DNA of 63,967 nucleotides, the filler included, from Octopus bimaculoides (lineage: Eukaryota): the NCBI RefSeq assembly GCF_001194135.2. It is 3 parts of 3 records of this genome, joined end to end, with 100 filler letters (N's around TTAATTAATTAA, not from the genome) between each part and the next. Parts side by side here need not be neighbours in the genome. Positions count along the whole stretch, not along the records: positions 1 to 30,815 come from NC_068984.1; 2 more parts are not named here. One strand, given 5' to 3'. The notes below the pieces were generated by a model that did not search any database, had not been told where the DNA came from, and saw only the letters and a program-made list of their open reading frames with translations. Of the stretch, positions 10,660 to 23,743 are shown one piece after another; position 1 is the stretch's first letter, and each line of letters begins with the position of its first letter. A program made the translations under genes and the position numbers.

Positions 10660-12104
10660 ACTTAAGTATTGCGTTTGAATATGGCACAAAAGTAGCAAAT
10701 TTCTTAGACACTACATCAGATATTAACTCTGCATTATACCACCCCTATAGAAAACCAGGTGAAATTACGAGATACGAAAACAAATTATCAGTGGCTAAAA
10801 GTATTTCGTGGAGAATAACGATACTATTAGCGAATAAGGACATTTTCAGTACTCATTCCCACCACAACAACTTTGCTTTATCTACAGCGGGATGCGACAA
10901 GGAAATTACTTTTCTTAGTCTTGAAAGTACAGCACCTAATTATAGTGAAAGTAATGAGATTTTAAGTGATAGAGGGATTACAAACTTACTTACTTGGTCG
11001 GGAAAACATTCCAACTAGAAAAGCATCCAGCAAACCCATCAATTTGAATTAAAAAATAAGCAACAACAGAAAAGTGGATGCTATAACAAGTAGGAATTTT
11101 AGTTTAGATAATAAGTTGGGTAAAAGGGAATGGACAGGTTGCTCTACCCTATAAGGATAAGAAAAATACTGGTAATAGAGACATACCTAATAATCAAGCC
11201 ACGATTTTGAAAGACGTTGAGAGAACAGGTAGATTCTACCTTTACATGCGCCGTAAGTCTGAAAATAAGGACCTGATCTGGTATAACGTTCCCTTCACCT
11301 GTGGCATATTCATAATCATATATAAGAAGTTTATGACAATTTTAGAAAAAAACTTTCCTGCTTCCCATAGATACAACAGAGTTTTTTTTCCCGGAAGACA
11401 GAATCTCATACTCTACTCTCCCTAATATAGGTACCAACATAGGAAGGTTAAATAGAAAGAATATTAAATTAGCAAGAAGTAATAATGATAATAATATTAA
11501 TGTCATGATTAGCTTAAACCCTACAATGTGAATAATAATATTAATGTTGAATGAGGAAAGGTAATACCGGATGTGAAAATAACACATACAATAGTAGTAG
11601 TAGGATTAATATTAATAGTAATATGATAGTAATAATGGTATGAATATCAATAATATTAATAGTGGTAATTCTCCTAGTTGCAACTGTAGGGTTAAATCCC
11701 ACAGTCCATTATTAGGCCGATGTCTAACCCAAAAGGTAATCGATAAGTGTACTATCACAACTGTAGCTGGTAAATTTGTATATATAGGACGTTCAATAAA
11801 TATGAAAAAACGCATTAATAGCTATTTTTCATTTTTTAGGCTCAATCATAAGGCCAATTGTACGTCCATATCTAGCAAGATTGGGGAACTGAAGGAAAGC
11901 AGACTCGAATTTAGCCTTAAATGGGATATTATAAGGAAAGCGCAGCCTTATAGAGATAGTCGGTGCAGGTACGAACTGTGCTCTATGGAAACTTATGAAA
12001 TTTTTAAGTATAGGGACAAGAGCAACCTGGTTAATAATAGATTAGACCTAAGGGTATCATGCGTACATAGTACCACCTGTACATTTAAATATTTTCGTAA
12101 TTAG
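10660..12104 (+). mobile_element. Penelope-like element (Naiad/Neptune-like), RT C-terminus, linker and GIY-YIG
   Basis: Frameshifted KVANFLDTT...YHPYRKP, LIWYNVPF...FMTILEKNFPASHRY, an Asn-rich linker, then the endonuclease. Confidence 0.85.
11640..12104 (+). pseudogene. GIY-YIG endonuclease domain of the PLE (open frame, several conserved residues lost)
   Basis: CNCRVKSHSPLLGRCL...VYIG...KKR...LKWDIIRKAQPY...ELCSME...LVNNR...CVH. Confidence 0.8.
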
Positions 12105-12479
12105 CGTTAATAGGTACTGCACTTGAACCTAGACAGGAGAAATTAATTTTAGTGTCGTATATGATGTGAACTTACCCGCTAGTATTAAAATATAATAAGA
12201 TATATATATTTTCTTACTATTCTCTATAATTTCTTATTATTGTGTTTTCTTATTTTTGATATCTTTACCTATCAACCTCTTATTTCTTATAAGTTATTAA
12301 TGTTCTTAAAGAGAAATATAAACTTTCTAGTTACTTAAGTCTAGAAGAGTTGATTATAACATATCCATAATAAAGTACAAATATTTGTGTTTATTTTGCA
12401 TGTGTACACATAGTTAAATATGTGTATGTATCCGTGCACAACTTTTTTTCCGGTTTTTTTCTGATTCTTAGCTTACAAC

Positions 12480-13140
12480 TAATACAAAGATAGCATGACT
12501 TATCGGCCCAATATTCCATAAGTAAATATCCTGAGCAATTTTTATAGAAACCACCTTATAAGTAAATAATTAAGTACTGGTATGAATATTAAACTAATTC
12601 TATGTAATCTTCCCTTTCTAATGTTGAAAATTGGTATATATATATACAGTTTATCTATTCTGGTTATGATATCATTTTTAGTAATCTTAAATTTTATCTT
12701 CATACAACATAACAATATTGCTTATATACAATCATCCATTGTACTCCATGATAATTTTCTCTGTATTAACATCATAGGTCTTATTAGCGTCTTGCTCTTT
12801 AACTGGTAATTAACATCTTGATTTACGGCCTTCCCCTGTCCAGCCTCCCTTATAAACAGTTATACATTTTCTAAATCCTGACAATATTTATGACCATACC
12901 CAACTATAAACTATCAACTCACTCTGTCTATCCATTCTAAACAGATTCTGTCCTCTAGCCTTAGATTTGGTTGTTGATAAAAAAAAAGACTATTAAATTA
13001 AAAGTGAACCACTATCATTTACAAGCTATGACCCTAACAAACTTCATACAGTTCTTAGAAGTGTAGTACATTCTGAGTCACATTAGTAGCAACATGGACT
13101 TTCTCCCTCTTCTTGCTCTATTAGAGAATTTGAGTAAAAT
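12480..13140 (-). pseudogene. Possible highly decayed PLE reverse transcriptase
   Basis: GGFYKIAQDIYLWNIGPISHAIF weakly resembles GKFYKQ..G.AMG..LGP..ANIF; many stops. Confidence 0.25.
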
Positions 13141-13336
13141 TATATTGTGTCCAACAGTTTAAAAAGTCCTATTTATTTATGCAGTTGAGGATAGCTCTGC
13201 ATTTAAATTGATGTAATGATTGCATTGTTCAATTAAAAGGAGCCGCTTGAAACGGTCGTACTGCATCACCTCTTGATATCCTGCTGCTTATTTTGATTTT
13301 ATTCACCTTACTTTGAGTTGTACGGATAATACCGCA

Positions 13337-13400
13337 CAAGGTCCCATGTGAAAGAAATATTTCAACTACAGTTGAAACATTTCTGTCACACGGGACCTTG
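13337..13400. repeat. 64-bp palindrome (31-bp arms, 3 mismatches, 2-nt loop)
   Basis: CAAGGTCCCATGTGAAAGAAATATTTCAACT-AC-AGTTGAAACATTTCTGTCACACGGGACCTTG. Confidence 0.95.
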
Positions 13401-13435
13401 AAGATTGCTAGAAAGCAGAAAAGTATACTAGTCCT
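13392..13435 (+). ncRNA. Minimal type I hammerhead ribozyme-like motif
   Basis: GGGAC-CTTGAAGA-T-TGCT(AGAA)AGCA-GAAA-AGTATACT-A-GTCCT: all three stems pair; core has one extra U and one extra A. Confidence 0.5.
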
Positions 13436-13806
13436 TCAATATTTAATATTTAATATTCAATATTTCATTTATTCAATAAGACATTCAATACTTCATTTCA
13501 TTTTACTATATATACTATATATTCCATATTCTATATCCCACATTAATTTTATAAGAATATAAATAAAACATAAAAAGCAGAGTTGGAATTNNNNNNNNNN
13601 NNNNNNNNNNNNNNNNNNNNNNNNNNNNNNNNNNNNNNNNNNNNNNNNNNNNNNNNNNNNNNNNNNNNNNNNNNNNNNNNNNNNNNNNNNNNNNNNNNNN
13701 NNNNNNNNNNNNNNNNNNNNNNNNNNNNNNNNNNNNNNNNNNNNNNNNNNNNNNNNNNNNNNNNNNNNNNNNNNNNNNNNNNNNNNNNNNNNNNNNNNNN
13801 NNNNNN

Positions 13807-13842
<36 letters not shown>

Positions 13843-14209
13843 GTGACAAATATAACTTTCGAAAATCCATAACTGGATGGTTCCGACTATGAGGTGAATT
13901 TAAAAGATATTAATTCTAATTTTGGTGCTTCTAAATTAATGTAGCTAAGATAAGAAAGTCTGGAAGTTGCCTGGTTTCTATTTAGCGCCGCGATATGCGC
14001 ATGCGCGTGTCTGTAAGCGTGTGTGTATAATAATATATATAGAAATATTTATTATACAATATTTACATGTATATAAATATTGTGAATGTATGTATGCATG
14101 TTTGCATATATGTATGCATGTATGTATTTGTGGATATGAATGCATGTATGTACATACATACACACGAACGCCCTGTATACACACATACACACACACACAC
14201 ACACATACA

Positions 14210-14905
14210 CAGGGCGTATTAGCTAACTTTGAAAGTTTTCATAAAACGAAAATATAGCACAATATCCCATCCACAAATAAAAGTATTTTAAAACATCGAA
14301 AAATATCAACTATGATCTTGGCCACCAAGCTTAGCTCTGGTGTTGCCGGCAGAGAGGTTAGTACCTTTCTCAACCTTGTCCTACACATAGTAATCCATGG
14401 GCTTACAATTGAGGGAATTAGAAGGCTAGGAATTGATGCTAGTGAAGTCACCAAAATTCTCCGACAACTACTTTTGACTCTTTCTGGAGGAGTGGCAAGG
14501 AGCCAAAATCTGCTGCCTAATATATGGCCTTCCATCAGCAACCCTCCCGAGCCAGTGTTTGACCACAGCCACCATCAACTTCAAATAGCCGCCCTTATTG
14601 AGCCTAAGGCTATGTTCAAAGATGTAGGGGTGAAAAACGGCTTGCAGAAGCAATGAGATTTCCTGCTGTTTCACTTCCTACTGGTCACGGCTTCGTGGTT
14701 TCCGCTGCAGCTGTCCATTTCACGTCTTATAGCGTTTAGAGTGTCCACGGAGCATTGAACATTAGTCACGATATCGGCATTTTGATACCCAGCGCGCATC
14801 ATCATGATACAGGTAATTCTTTTCCCAATATTCAGACAGCTTCCAGTCCTCCATGTCAGCTAACTTTTTCTCAACAACAAATTTAACTTTTATGCTCTCC
14901 ATATN
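14210..14905 (-). mobile_element. Tc1/mariner (maT/DD37D-like) transposon, internally deleted
   Basis: MEDWKLSE..GKRITC...RAG N-terminus joined to PYIFEHSLRLN..GY...WLGRVADGRPYIRQQILAPCHSSRKSQK*LSENF...PMDYYV (QQDSAPCH and PxDY motifs). Confidence 0.85.
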
Positions 14906-16599
14906 NNNNNNNNNNNNNNNNNNNNNNNNNNNNNNNNNNNNNNNNNNNNNNNNNNNNNNNNNNNNNNNNNNNNNNNNNNNNNNNNNNNNNNNNNNNNNNN
15001 NNNNNNNNNNNNNNNNNNNNNNNNNNNNNNNNNNNNNNNNNNNNNNNNNNNNNNNNNNNNNNNNNNNNNNNNNNNNNNNNNNNNNNNNNNNNNNNNNNNN
15101 NNNNNNNNNNNNNNNNNNNNNNNNNNNNNNNNNNNNNNNNNNNNNNNNNNNNNNNNNNNNNNNNNNNNNNNNNNNNNNNNNNNNNNNNNNNNNNNNNNNN
15201 NNNNNNNNNNNNNNNNNNNNNNNNNNNNNNNNNNNNNNNNNNNNNNNNNNNNNNNNNNNNNNNNNNNNNNNNNNNNNNNNNNNNNNNNNNNNNNNNNNNN
15301 NNNNNNNNNNNNNNNNNNNNNNNNNNNNNNNNNNNNNNNNNNNNNNNNNNNNNNNNNNNNNNNNNNNNNNNNNNNNNNNNNNNNNNNNNNNNNNNNNNNN
15401 NNNNNNNNNNNNNNNNNNNNNNNNNNNNNNNNNNNNNNNNNNNNNNNNNNNNNNNNNNNNNNNNNNNNNNNNNNNNNNNNNNNNNNNNNNNNNNNNNNNN
15501 NNNNNNNNNNNNNNNNNNNNNNNNNNNNNNNNNNNNNNNNNNNNNNNNNNNNNNNNNNNNNNNNNNNNNNNNNNNNNNNNNNNNNNNNNNNNNNNNNNNN
15601 NNNNNNNNNNNNNNNNNNNNNNNNNNNNNNNNNNNNNNNNNNNNNNNNNNNNNNNNNNNNNNNNNNNNNNNNNNNNNNNNNNNNNNNNNNNNNNNNNNNN
15701 NNNNNNNNNNATATATATATATATACATAGTTATATAGTTATAAAACCAAGCGCTCCTCTTCTAACACTGTCTCTTTCTGTTAGTCAATATTCATACCTT
15801 CTCTTAGTTCGACGGACTAAGCACCCTGTTTCGTCTCCATTCTGTGAAGGTATTACATTGAGAGACAGAAGCGGGTGTATGCAGAGAATGAGAAGAGGAA
15901 GTATTGTTCACTTGAAAAGAAGTTTATTAAACACATAATAGCTCAACTTGCTAAAAATAGCAGCCAAAATCATAACAAATCTCATACCCTTCCGTATTAT
16001 ATAACGCCTGTATGAAACAATATTCTTCCTGATACACAAATAGCAGGATTATTTCGACCAGGATGCCTTTCCTAATAGTTTTATTCAACTACAACTGATG
16101 TGGTTAGGGTTAGATACTAACAATAACAAAATCGCTATGCGAGCGCACTTATTTGGTGTAGCAGCCAAATTTATTTATCTGCGATAACATTTCGCTAAAG
16201 ATTGCTCATCGGCTGCTTCGGGAAGATGAAGTGAAATAAAAAAAGTTATACTTGTATAATATCTAATTAGGTAGGTTATTGTCGATCAACTTCCTCTTAC
16301 TGTCTTCTTTACTGAAACTACAACAGCTTCTACTAACCAACCACATTTAGCTATTTTCTTGGTTACCAACTCCTAACGCCATTGTATAATCACAGTCTCC
16401 ATATTAAACAATACTGAAATTTCTTTTTAAATGCCTTCTTTATTAAATATTCCTTTCGACTATCGATTTCCTACAATGGAATATTAGCCAATTAATTTAA
16501 CTGGTCCTCATCATTCTCCGTTTAGGAAAACCAGCAAAGGTTTTCCAACTTCTCAGACTAACAAAAGGCGCAATATCACAGATTTTGGTTAAAATCTTC

Positions 16600-17387
16600 C
16601 CATTTACTTTACCGATACTTCTTTTATTCATCCGGGGAGAGGGGAACCCTAAGTCGACCGTGACCGGATTAGAACTCGGAATGTAAATGTTTTAAATAAA
16701 GACGTAACACGGCATTTTGTCGGCAGAATTTTTATTTCTGTCCTTCTTTCCCACTTCTTAGCTTAGATAATTGTTTCTGATTTAGACACAAGGCTAGCAA
16801 TTTTCAAGGGAGGGATTAGTTGATGCCAACAACGCCATAACTTGACTGGTATCTTGTTTTGTCGATCCAGAAAGGCAAATTTGACCACGGTGGTATTTGA
16901 GCTCAGAATATAAATTGCTGGAAGAAATTCCACTAAGTATTTTCTTTCCGACTCTCTAACGATTCTGCCGGCTCGCTGCCTTTTGTTGGTGAATAAGGCT
17001 AGAAATTTTGAAGGGAGTGGATTTGTCGATCTTATCTACGTAGTACTTGATTGTCACATTATTTTATTGTCCTTGGAATCATGAAAGAAAAAGCTTATCT
17101 CGGTGGCATTTCAACTGAGAATGTAGAGTTGGAACAACTATCCCGAGGAATTGTTTTTCAACGATCTAATGATTTTACCTGCTTGCCACCCTTTTTTTTT
17201 CTTTATAAAAAATGGTTTCAAATTTTGGCACAAGGCCAGCCGTTTCGGGGGAGGAGATAAGTCGATTATATTGACCTCATTAATCCACTGGTATTTAATT
17301 TATCAACCCTGAAAAGATGAAAGGCAAAGTCGACCTCGGCTGCTAGCATTTTGCCCGGCTTTCTAACGATTCTACCAGCTCGCTACT
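16600..17387 (-). mobile_element. Cluster of four same-orientation family A SINE copies (about 16600-16735, 16775-16982, 16985-17125, 17211-17387)
   Basis: Repeated CACAAGGC tail and ACTGGTA...TCGAC core; the last copy is the best preserved. Confidence 0.7.
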
Positions 17388-17662
17388 TTTTTTTTTCCGA
17401 ATAAATAATACACAACGTTTTATTCACTTTTCCTTTATCAGAGACGACGAATTCTTGTTCGAGTATGTGGCTGGCTACGAATCACGCGCCATTGAAAAGG
17501 CTCAAAAAGGCCGAAATGAATCTGGTGCTCCCGCTGGCTGTTGCTGGAATGAATTTTCGTCTCTGATATTTATCGTGTTTTTAACACCACAAGTCCATAA
17601 AAGATGTTATCTCTGGACAAATATTGTAGTAACTGGCCTAACGATAGTGCACACACACACAC

Positions 17663-17665
<3 letters not shown>

Positions 17666-17732
<67 letters not shown>
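17666..17732. repeat. (AGAT)n microsatellite
   Basis: Direct reading. Confidence 0.95.
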
Positions 17733-19039
17733 GGCCGATTTAAATCTACTACTTTTGTTGATCCATCATCGTAGAACATTGCAACTGGTTTTAAGGATTG
17801 TCTCCGACTTTTAATTTGCTCGAAATGATTTTTTAAAAATAAACATAGAGACGAACGAATGAAAAAAAAAATCATCAAATTTTCGTTTCGATATTTTAGC
17901 GCCTGTTTCTATGGGGAAAAAAGTCTCATAATATTTATATGATTTATAAAAAAAGAATTATTGAGAAAAGCATGAGCATCAATGAAAATACATTTCAGGT
18001 TACTAAATTTACAGCATTTCGCTCTTGTTGCCAAATATCGAAATTCGACTATAATAAATTTCATTAAAAAGATTATTCTATATATAAAAAAAATAACAGA
18101 ACAGAAACAAAAACATTTAAAATAATATCAGAAAGGACAATACAAAATAGTAAATTGAATATTATTTTGAATGTCACGTGATTATTAAATGAAATATGTT
18201 AACAATTGTTTTCCTCCGCACCGAAAAAATATTTTTTAAAAAGTGAGTTAAAAAAGATTTTTAGAATTTTTATAAATTAGCCGAAAATAATTTTAATACT
18301 TCCAAGCCTGTACGTTTCAATCAAACACATACTTAATCTTACACAACAATATTCCATTTTGATGTGCAACGAACCACAATACTTTTCACTGTTGGCCATA
18401 CATTCTTCGAATTTATTCCTTTAGGCTAGGTAATTAAAACTTTCTTCAGAAGACCACCCACAGATTATAGAATGTAACTGCGACGCCCTTCTCTGTCTGG
18501 GCCTACGTAAGGGATTATTTTTTGGAATAAAGCCTAGATTTCGCATTTTTATTTAGCTTGCTTTCTTCAAAATCAACGTGATGCTTTCCATTCTAATCAT
18601 TATCATTTTAAAGAGAACCTAAATTTAGCAATATTTTAAAATATATGTATTGTTGTCAAATAATTCATATCTCATTATCATTCGGCAAATTACTCATTCA
18701 AATCCTATGAAGTTGTATTGTCTTTCTTTCTTTCTTTCTGTCTGTCCTTCTTTATTCCTTCCTGATTTTTATATAACCCTAAATACAACACAGTTGTCTT
18801 TCATTGATGTCACTTTCTTGTTCTTTGTTGTATCAGAAAGCAAAGACATCAAAACATTGCATTTCATCTCCTTTGTGAATTAATTCTTAATCATAAAAGA
18901 ATCAATTATTTTGTAGTCTTTCGTCCTTTCGTCGATAAAATAAAGTATTAGTCAAGTTTGAGATCGATTTACTCGATTAACCTACTCTCCTCAAAATTGT
19001 GTCATTGTCTCTAAATCAGAATTCGTTATAAAAAAAAAA

Positions 19040-19240
19040 CGTGATGGGATAGCAGAATCGTTAAAGTGTCGACGAACTTCCTTCTGATATTTCTCTGATT
19101 CTACATGCTTTGGATCCAAATTTTGTCATGGTCAACTTTGCCTTCCATTTTCTTAGAATGAATAAAGTACCATGCAAGTACTGGGGTTGATGGTATCAAC
19201 TAACCCCATTCCCCAAAATTATTGTCCTTCTGCATATATA
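19040..19240 (+). mobile_element. SINE family A, degenerate
   Basis: GCAGAATCGTTAAAG head; GTCAACTTTGCCTTCCAT core. Confidence 0.6.
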
Positions 19241-21039
19241 AGAAATAATAATCTTTTTTAAATCATTGTTTAGTTATTTTACTATCAATTCTAAAGAGTA
19301 GCCATTAACTTGCTATCAACTCTTGGGTGACCTAACAGATAAAAAAGATCACAGGATTTTCATGGAAGAATGTTCTAGTTGGGGTGGGGAGTTGTGACTT
19401 GCTCCAGGTCCTGAGGAAAACTTGAATTAAGCTCTCAATAAACTCTCAATTAAACTCTCAATAGTTATTCAGTACTGTCACTACTTACTATTAGGATTGC
19501 TAGACTGGGATACAAACAGTGATTCTGCTGCTATTTTAGGATCGCACCGACATTTATCTTTTTTATTTGGACCACATGCTACTTTAAACTTTAATTTTGT
19601 AAGGGTAGAATGTCAATAAATTAACAACTCAGTATATTAGGAACAGCCTAGAGGTAATCCTTATCTCTATTTTATAATTTACTCGCAAAATTATCATTTG
19701 GGGCTACTTTTCAATACCAATCACACCTTTTCATAAATTTGAACTAGCAATCCTACTGAATCCATCATACATAACAGCCTCTTGTAGTTGATTTAACTTG
19801 CCTATTAAAGTTAGTATGCTTTGGTCACTGACACTATGCAAAACCAGTGACAGAGTACGAACTACCATACTAAAAGTCCTGTCCTAGTATTCAATCTAAA
19901 ATAAAAGGCCTCCGTGCCTTGTCGGAGAGAAACTAAACGTATTGGTGAGTATGGTGGAACAAGGTTACAGTCTAATTCGCTTTACTTATGCTGTTAATAT
20001 ATTCAGAATGATAAAGGTGTCATACATTCGATTTCCACGTCCTCTAAATTGGTCACTTTTTACCTAAAAACCAATACTGCCAAAATATTTATACGCGTGT
20101 CACAGATAGTGCTTTAGCATGGCCTTCTCCATGATGACTAAAACAAAGTAGAAATATATAAATATTCTAAAATATTAACGTTAAACATACACAATGCTAT
20201 AGATTTAGAAACTGTCACCGTTTGAGTCGTCTTCAGTACATGTTTTATTGACGGCTTAGTTTAAAGCAATGACACCCAGGACGGAACTTTGGACTCAGAA
20301 CACAAACAGACATATCAAAATATCTCACGCTATATAAATCATCATTCTACCATTTCTGTCACACACTGCCCTTCAAATTTGCTAGCAAATTAAAATAGCT
20401 ATATTAAGTAATAACCATAGTTGTCAAATAATAATTGCTACTCATTTACTCATGTTCTTATTTGTAGTAGTTATTACTTGTCCAGATTTTAGCAAGCCAG
20501 TCCTACATTTTGGTCGTTAAATCTCAAACTAGGCAGCATTATTCCAAATTATAAATATGCTTTTCGGTTGTTTTTAGTAGCTAAAATGTTTTGCAGATGA
20601 CTACATAGTATAAAAACTTGCTAATATGTTGATGCAACAACACCCTGCTATTTTTTCTTGATTTTTTTTTTCACTATTTTTTCCTAGGGAGTGTTACTCT
20701 GATTCAAAGGTCAAAAATTAAAATCCTATTTTTGTTATACTGTTACATTTATATACCACTATAATCACATGAGCCGTTTTGATTGAATCTACTTTGAACT
20801 GGCTTCTTTTCACCACAAGTTCTTGTTTACGTAGTCTGCTTCCGAGAAGCGTCCTGCGTAGTAGGTGACGTGTATTGGAGTTTACATTCAAAGCATTGCG
20901 TGTTTGAGAGACATCTGGCAGTCTTTCTAAAGAAGAACACCAGTTTATTGCATGTTGTTTAACTAATCACAGCAAAATAGTGAAACTACTCAGTAGTAAA
21001 GCAAAAACGAAACGAAAAAATTGATGCATTAATATACCG

Positions 21040-21230
21040 TGAAAGGGAAAGAAAACTTTTAAACGGAGCAGAATCTTTTTCGAAAGTTAGTGTCCCTGTT
21101 TGGTAGAGGTGTGCTGTACTTCAATGAAAGAGCTAAAAGAAAAGTTAAACGTCTTTATTGGGTACACGGTGTTTGACAGAATACCAAACAGGGGAAGTAT
21201 GCCTTATTCAAATTTTACTAATCTATGTAT
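21040..21230 (+). pseudogene. Possible PIF/Harbinger transposase N-terminal fragment
   Basis: KRKVKRLYWVHGV*QNTKQGKYALF resembles RRYWVHP...R...GE...L. Confidence 0.35.
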
Positions 21231-21989
21231 TGTATATTCATAGATATGGATATCCATTTTTGATGCAACAGTCAATTTATGAACTTACGGTTTCACTATT
21301 TATAAAATTACGTCACTACTTTTTCTTATTTTGAGTACTTTCATATTAACTGTAGCTTTTATTTGTAATATTATTTCACTTCATTTAATATCCATCTATG
21401 TTGCTAGCTATCTATACATGTGCATATAAAGCCAGCAAATTTCCAGCATAAGACTTCGTCAATATCTAATATCCATTTTTTTTTTTTTTTTGGTACATGG
21501 TAATATAACACTATCACATAGTACCGCTATCTTGATTTGTGCATAACGTACTTAACTTAATTTACAAAGTAAATTTTACTTTACAATAAAGAGATATACA
21601 CTCCCCAGAATGATGACTGGAGAGCTTTCAGGAGCGTAGTTTTTACAATAGAACGTGCAACAATACTGAAGTACAAAACAGCTTATGAAACTAGTTTTTG
21701 TATTGAAGTACAAAGACTAGTTTGATAAGTTGCTGGAATTGTCCCTGAAAGATCATTCTCGATGCACCGTCTCTTGTCTCAAATTAAGGAAACATCGCAA
21801 ACATTGGTAAGTGAAACTCGGCCTAACTTTAAAAGATCTATAATTCAACTCTGAAACGAGCAAAAAGAATGACTTTTCATTCTAAGTTACCTTTAGAACT
21901 CTTGCCCGTTCGTCACCTCGACTCATTATAAATGTAATAACATTCAATGTTGATCAAGTCAAAATCAGGAACGATCTTTAGAACATTTA

Positions 21990-22560
21990 AGTCCAATCAT
22001 AATTTTCAATAATGTATCCTTACTCCTCGTCAAGTGTAATTTATACTTCATAATTTTTTGCAACAGATTAATGGAATCCAGTATTATCCCAACAAATATG
22101 AAATATAGCAAGGTGACTGTAATTTCAACAATTATCATGCTTCCAAATTAAAGAAAAATCGCAGAAAAAATTGTTCTACAAATGTATATTTTATACGATC
22201 ACCAATTTCGGTTTCAGGAAAAATCGCCACGCTACTCTGATTCCTTGGTAAAATAACTGATGCAATTCTTCACTTAAATCCTAATTTACTTCTCTAATAT
22301 TTTTAGACCTAGCAAAGGAATTTTAATATTTTAAACTATCCAATACTGAAATCATAATTACAACACTATGGTGTACTAAATATTTGGTTTGAAAGTTATT
22401 TAGAGAATAGGAAGCAGAATCTAGAATTAATATAACACGAGGATGTTACTATGGTCTTCAGTACTCAGGTCACTTTATTCACAATCTACCCAAGAGTTTG
22501 ACCGTTAATTTAGATCTACATCCTTTAGACGACAATACACCTCAATGAAAATGATCTTAA
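21990..22560 (+). pseudogene. CR1/L2-type LINE reverse transcriptase relic
   Basis: Frameshifted SSIIPTNMKYSKVT, KIAEKIV, ILYDHQFRFQEK, IFLDLAKEF, WFESYLENRKQ and a decayed YADD region. Confidence 0.75.
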
Positions 22561-23094
22561 ACACGTGGGATGGCGAGTTGCTGAAGAGGTCACAGGACGT
22601 GTGACGAAAGATTTAAGACAAAGGACAGAAAATAAGAACAATAATAAAGCTGAAGTGAAGAACGAATATGTATTGCGTGTGTTTATTTTATCAAAAAGAA
22701 AAGAAATGACCGTCCCGAAATATAAATGGTGTTGAAATATTTTTTAAAAAAAATTAACAATGAGTTTTAATAGTTTCATTCTAACAAATTAACCTTAAAT
22801 CTTAAAGGAAATATCATTTATTTGTCTCAAGTGCTACTGACACCACCGTTAGTTTGTTTTTTTAATTTATTTATTTTAATATCTACACGTCGGTAGCGGA
22901 GACTGTTTATCACGTCTTATAGGAGTTCCGAGACTGAATAAAAGTATCCTTAAACCGGAGAGTTGCTCGAATGCTTGCAACAGAGTAGACTCCACTAACG
23001 GTGCCAGGTAGAGGTGTTAAATTGGGCGACAGATTAAGTCTACCGTCCAAACAAGCGAATGTGAAATCTGCACTGGGAACGCAAAGAGCGGGAA

Positions 23095-23245
23095 CAATTA
23101 ACGCAAAGCATCCGGATCGACCGTCATCGACCTCGAAAGGATGTAAAACAAAATGGAACTCGGCAAGATTTGAACTCAGAAGCCAAAGAGTCGAAACAAA
23201 TAACGCTAAATATTTTTATCGGAGACTTAAATCATTCTGCCAAAT
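23095..23245 (-). mobile_element. SINE family A, degenerate
   Basis: ATCGACCTCGAAAGGATG...CTCGGCAAGATTTGAACTCAGAA. Confidence 0.65.
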
Positions 23246-23321
23246 CACTATGCCGAGTAAATGTGAAAACAGATAAAAATACCGGATACAGTGCATCATC
23301 CCATCTTGGATGGTATATTCT

Positions 23322-23528
23322 TTAACTTGTTACTATCATTAGACTACAGCCATGCTGGGGCACCACCTTGAAAAAAATTTAGTCGAATAATTTGACCCCA
23401 GTACTTAATTTTTGTTAAGCCTATTACTTATTCTATCGGTCTCTTTTGCCGAAGCACTAATTTACGGAGACGTAAACACACCAACACCAGTTTGTCAAGC
23501 GGGATGTGGGACAGACACAGACAAAAAG

Positions 23529-23566
<38 letters not shown>

Positions 23567-23743
23567 GCGCGCACATACACGACGGGTTTCTATCTGTTTC
23601 TGTCTTCAAGATCCACTCACTAGGCTTTAGTCGACCCGAGGCTATAGTAGAAGATACTTACCCAAGGTGCAATGCAGTGGGACTGAACCTGGAACCGTGT
23701 GGTTGGTAAACAAACTTTTTACCACACAGCCACGTCTGCGCCT
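23322..23743 (-). mobile_element. SINE family B, full length with internal (CA)n
   Basis: Head, internal microsatellite and tail all match 38129-38520 in reverse. Confidence 0.88.

Noticed and set aside
11640-12104. Selenocysteine-type Naiad endonuclease
   Set aside because: No in-frame TGA at Cys positions and no SECIS recognised by eye.
20205-20245. Further CTGAAGA / CTGTTGA...GAAAC hammerhead-like strings (also 34725-34760 and 13230-13262)
   Set aside because: Core or stems are too degraded to support.
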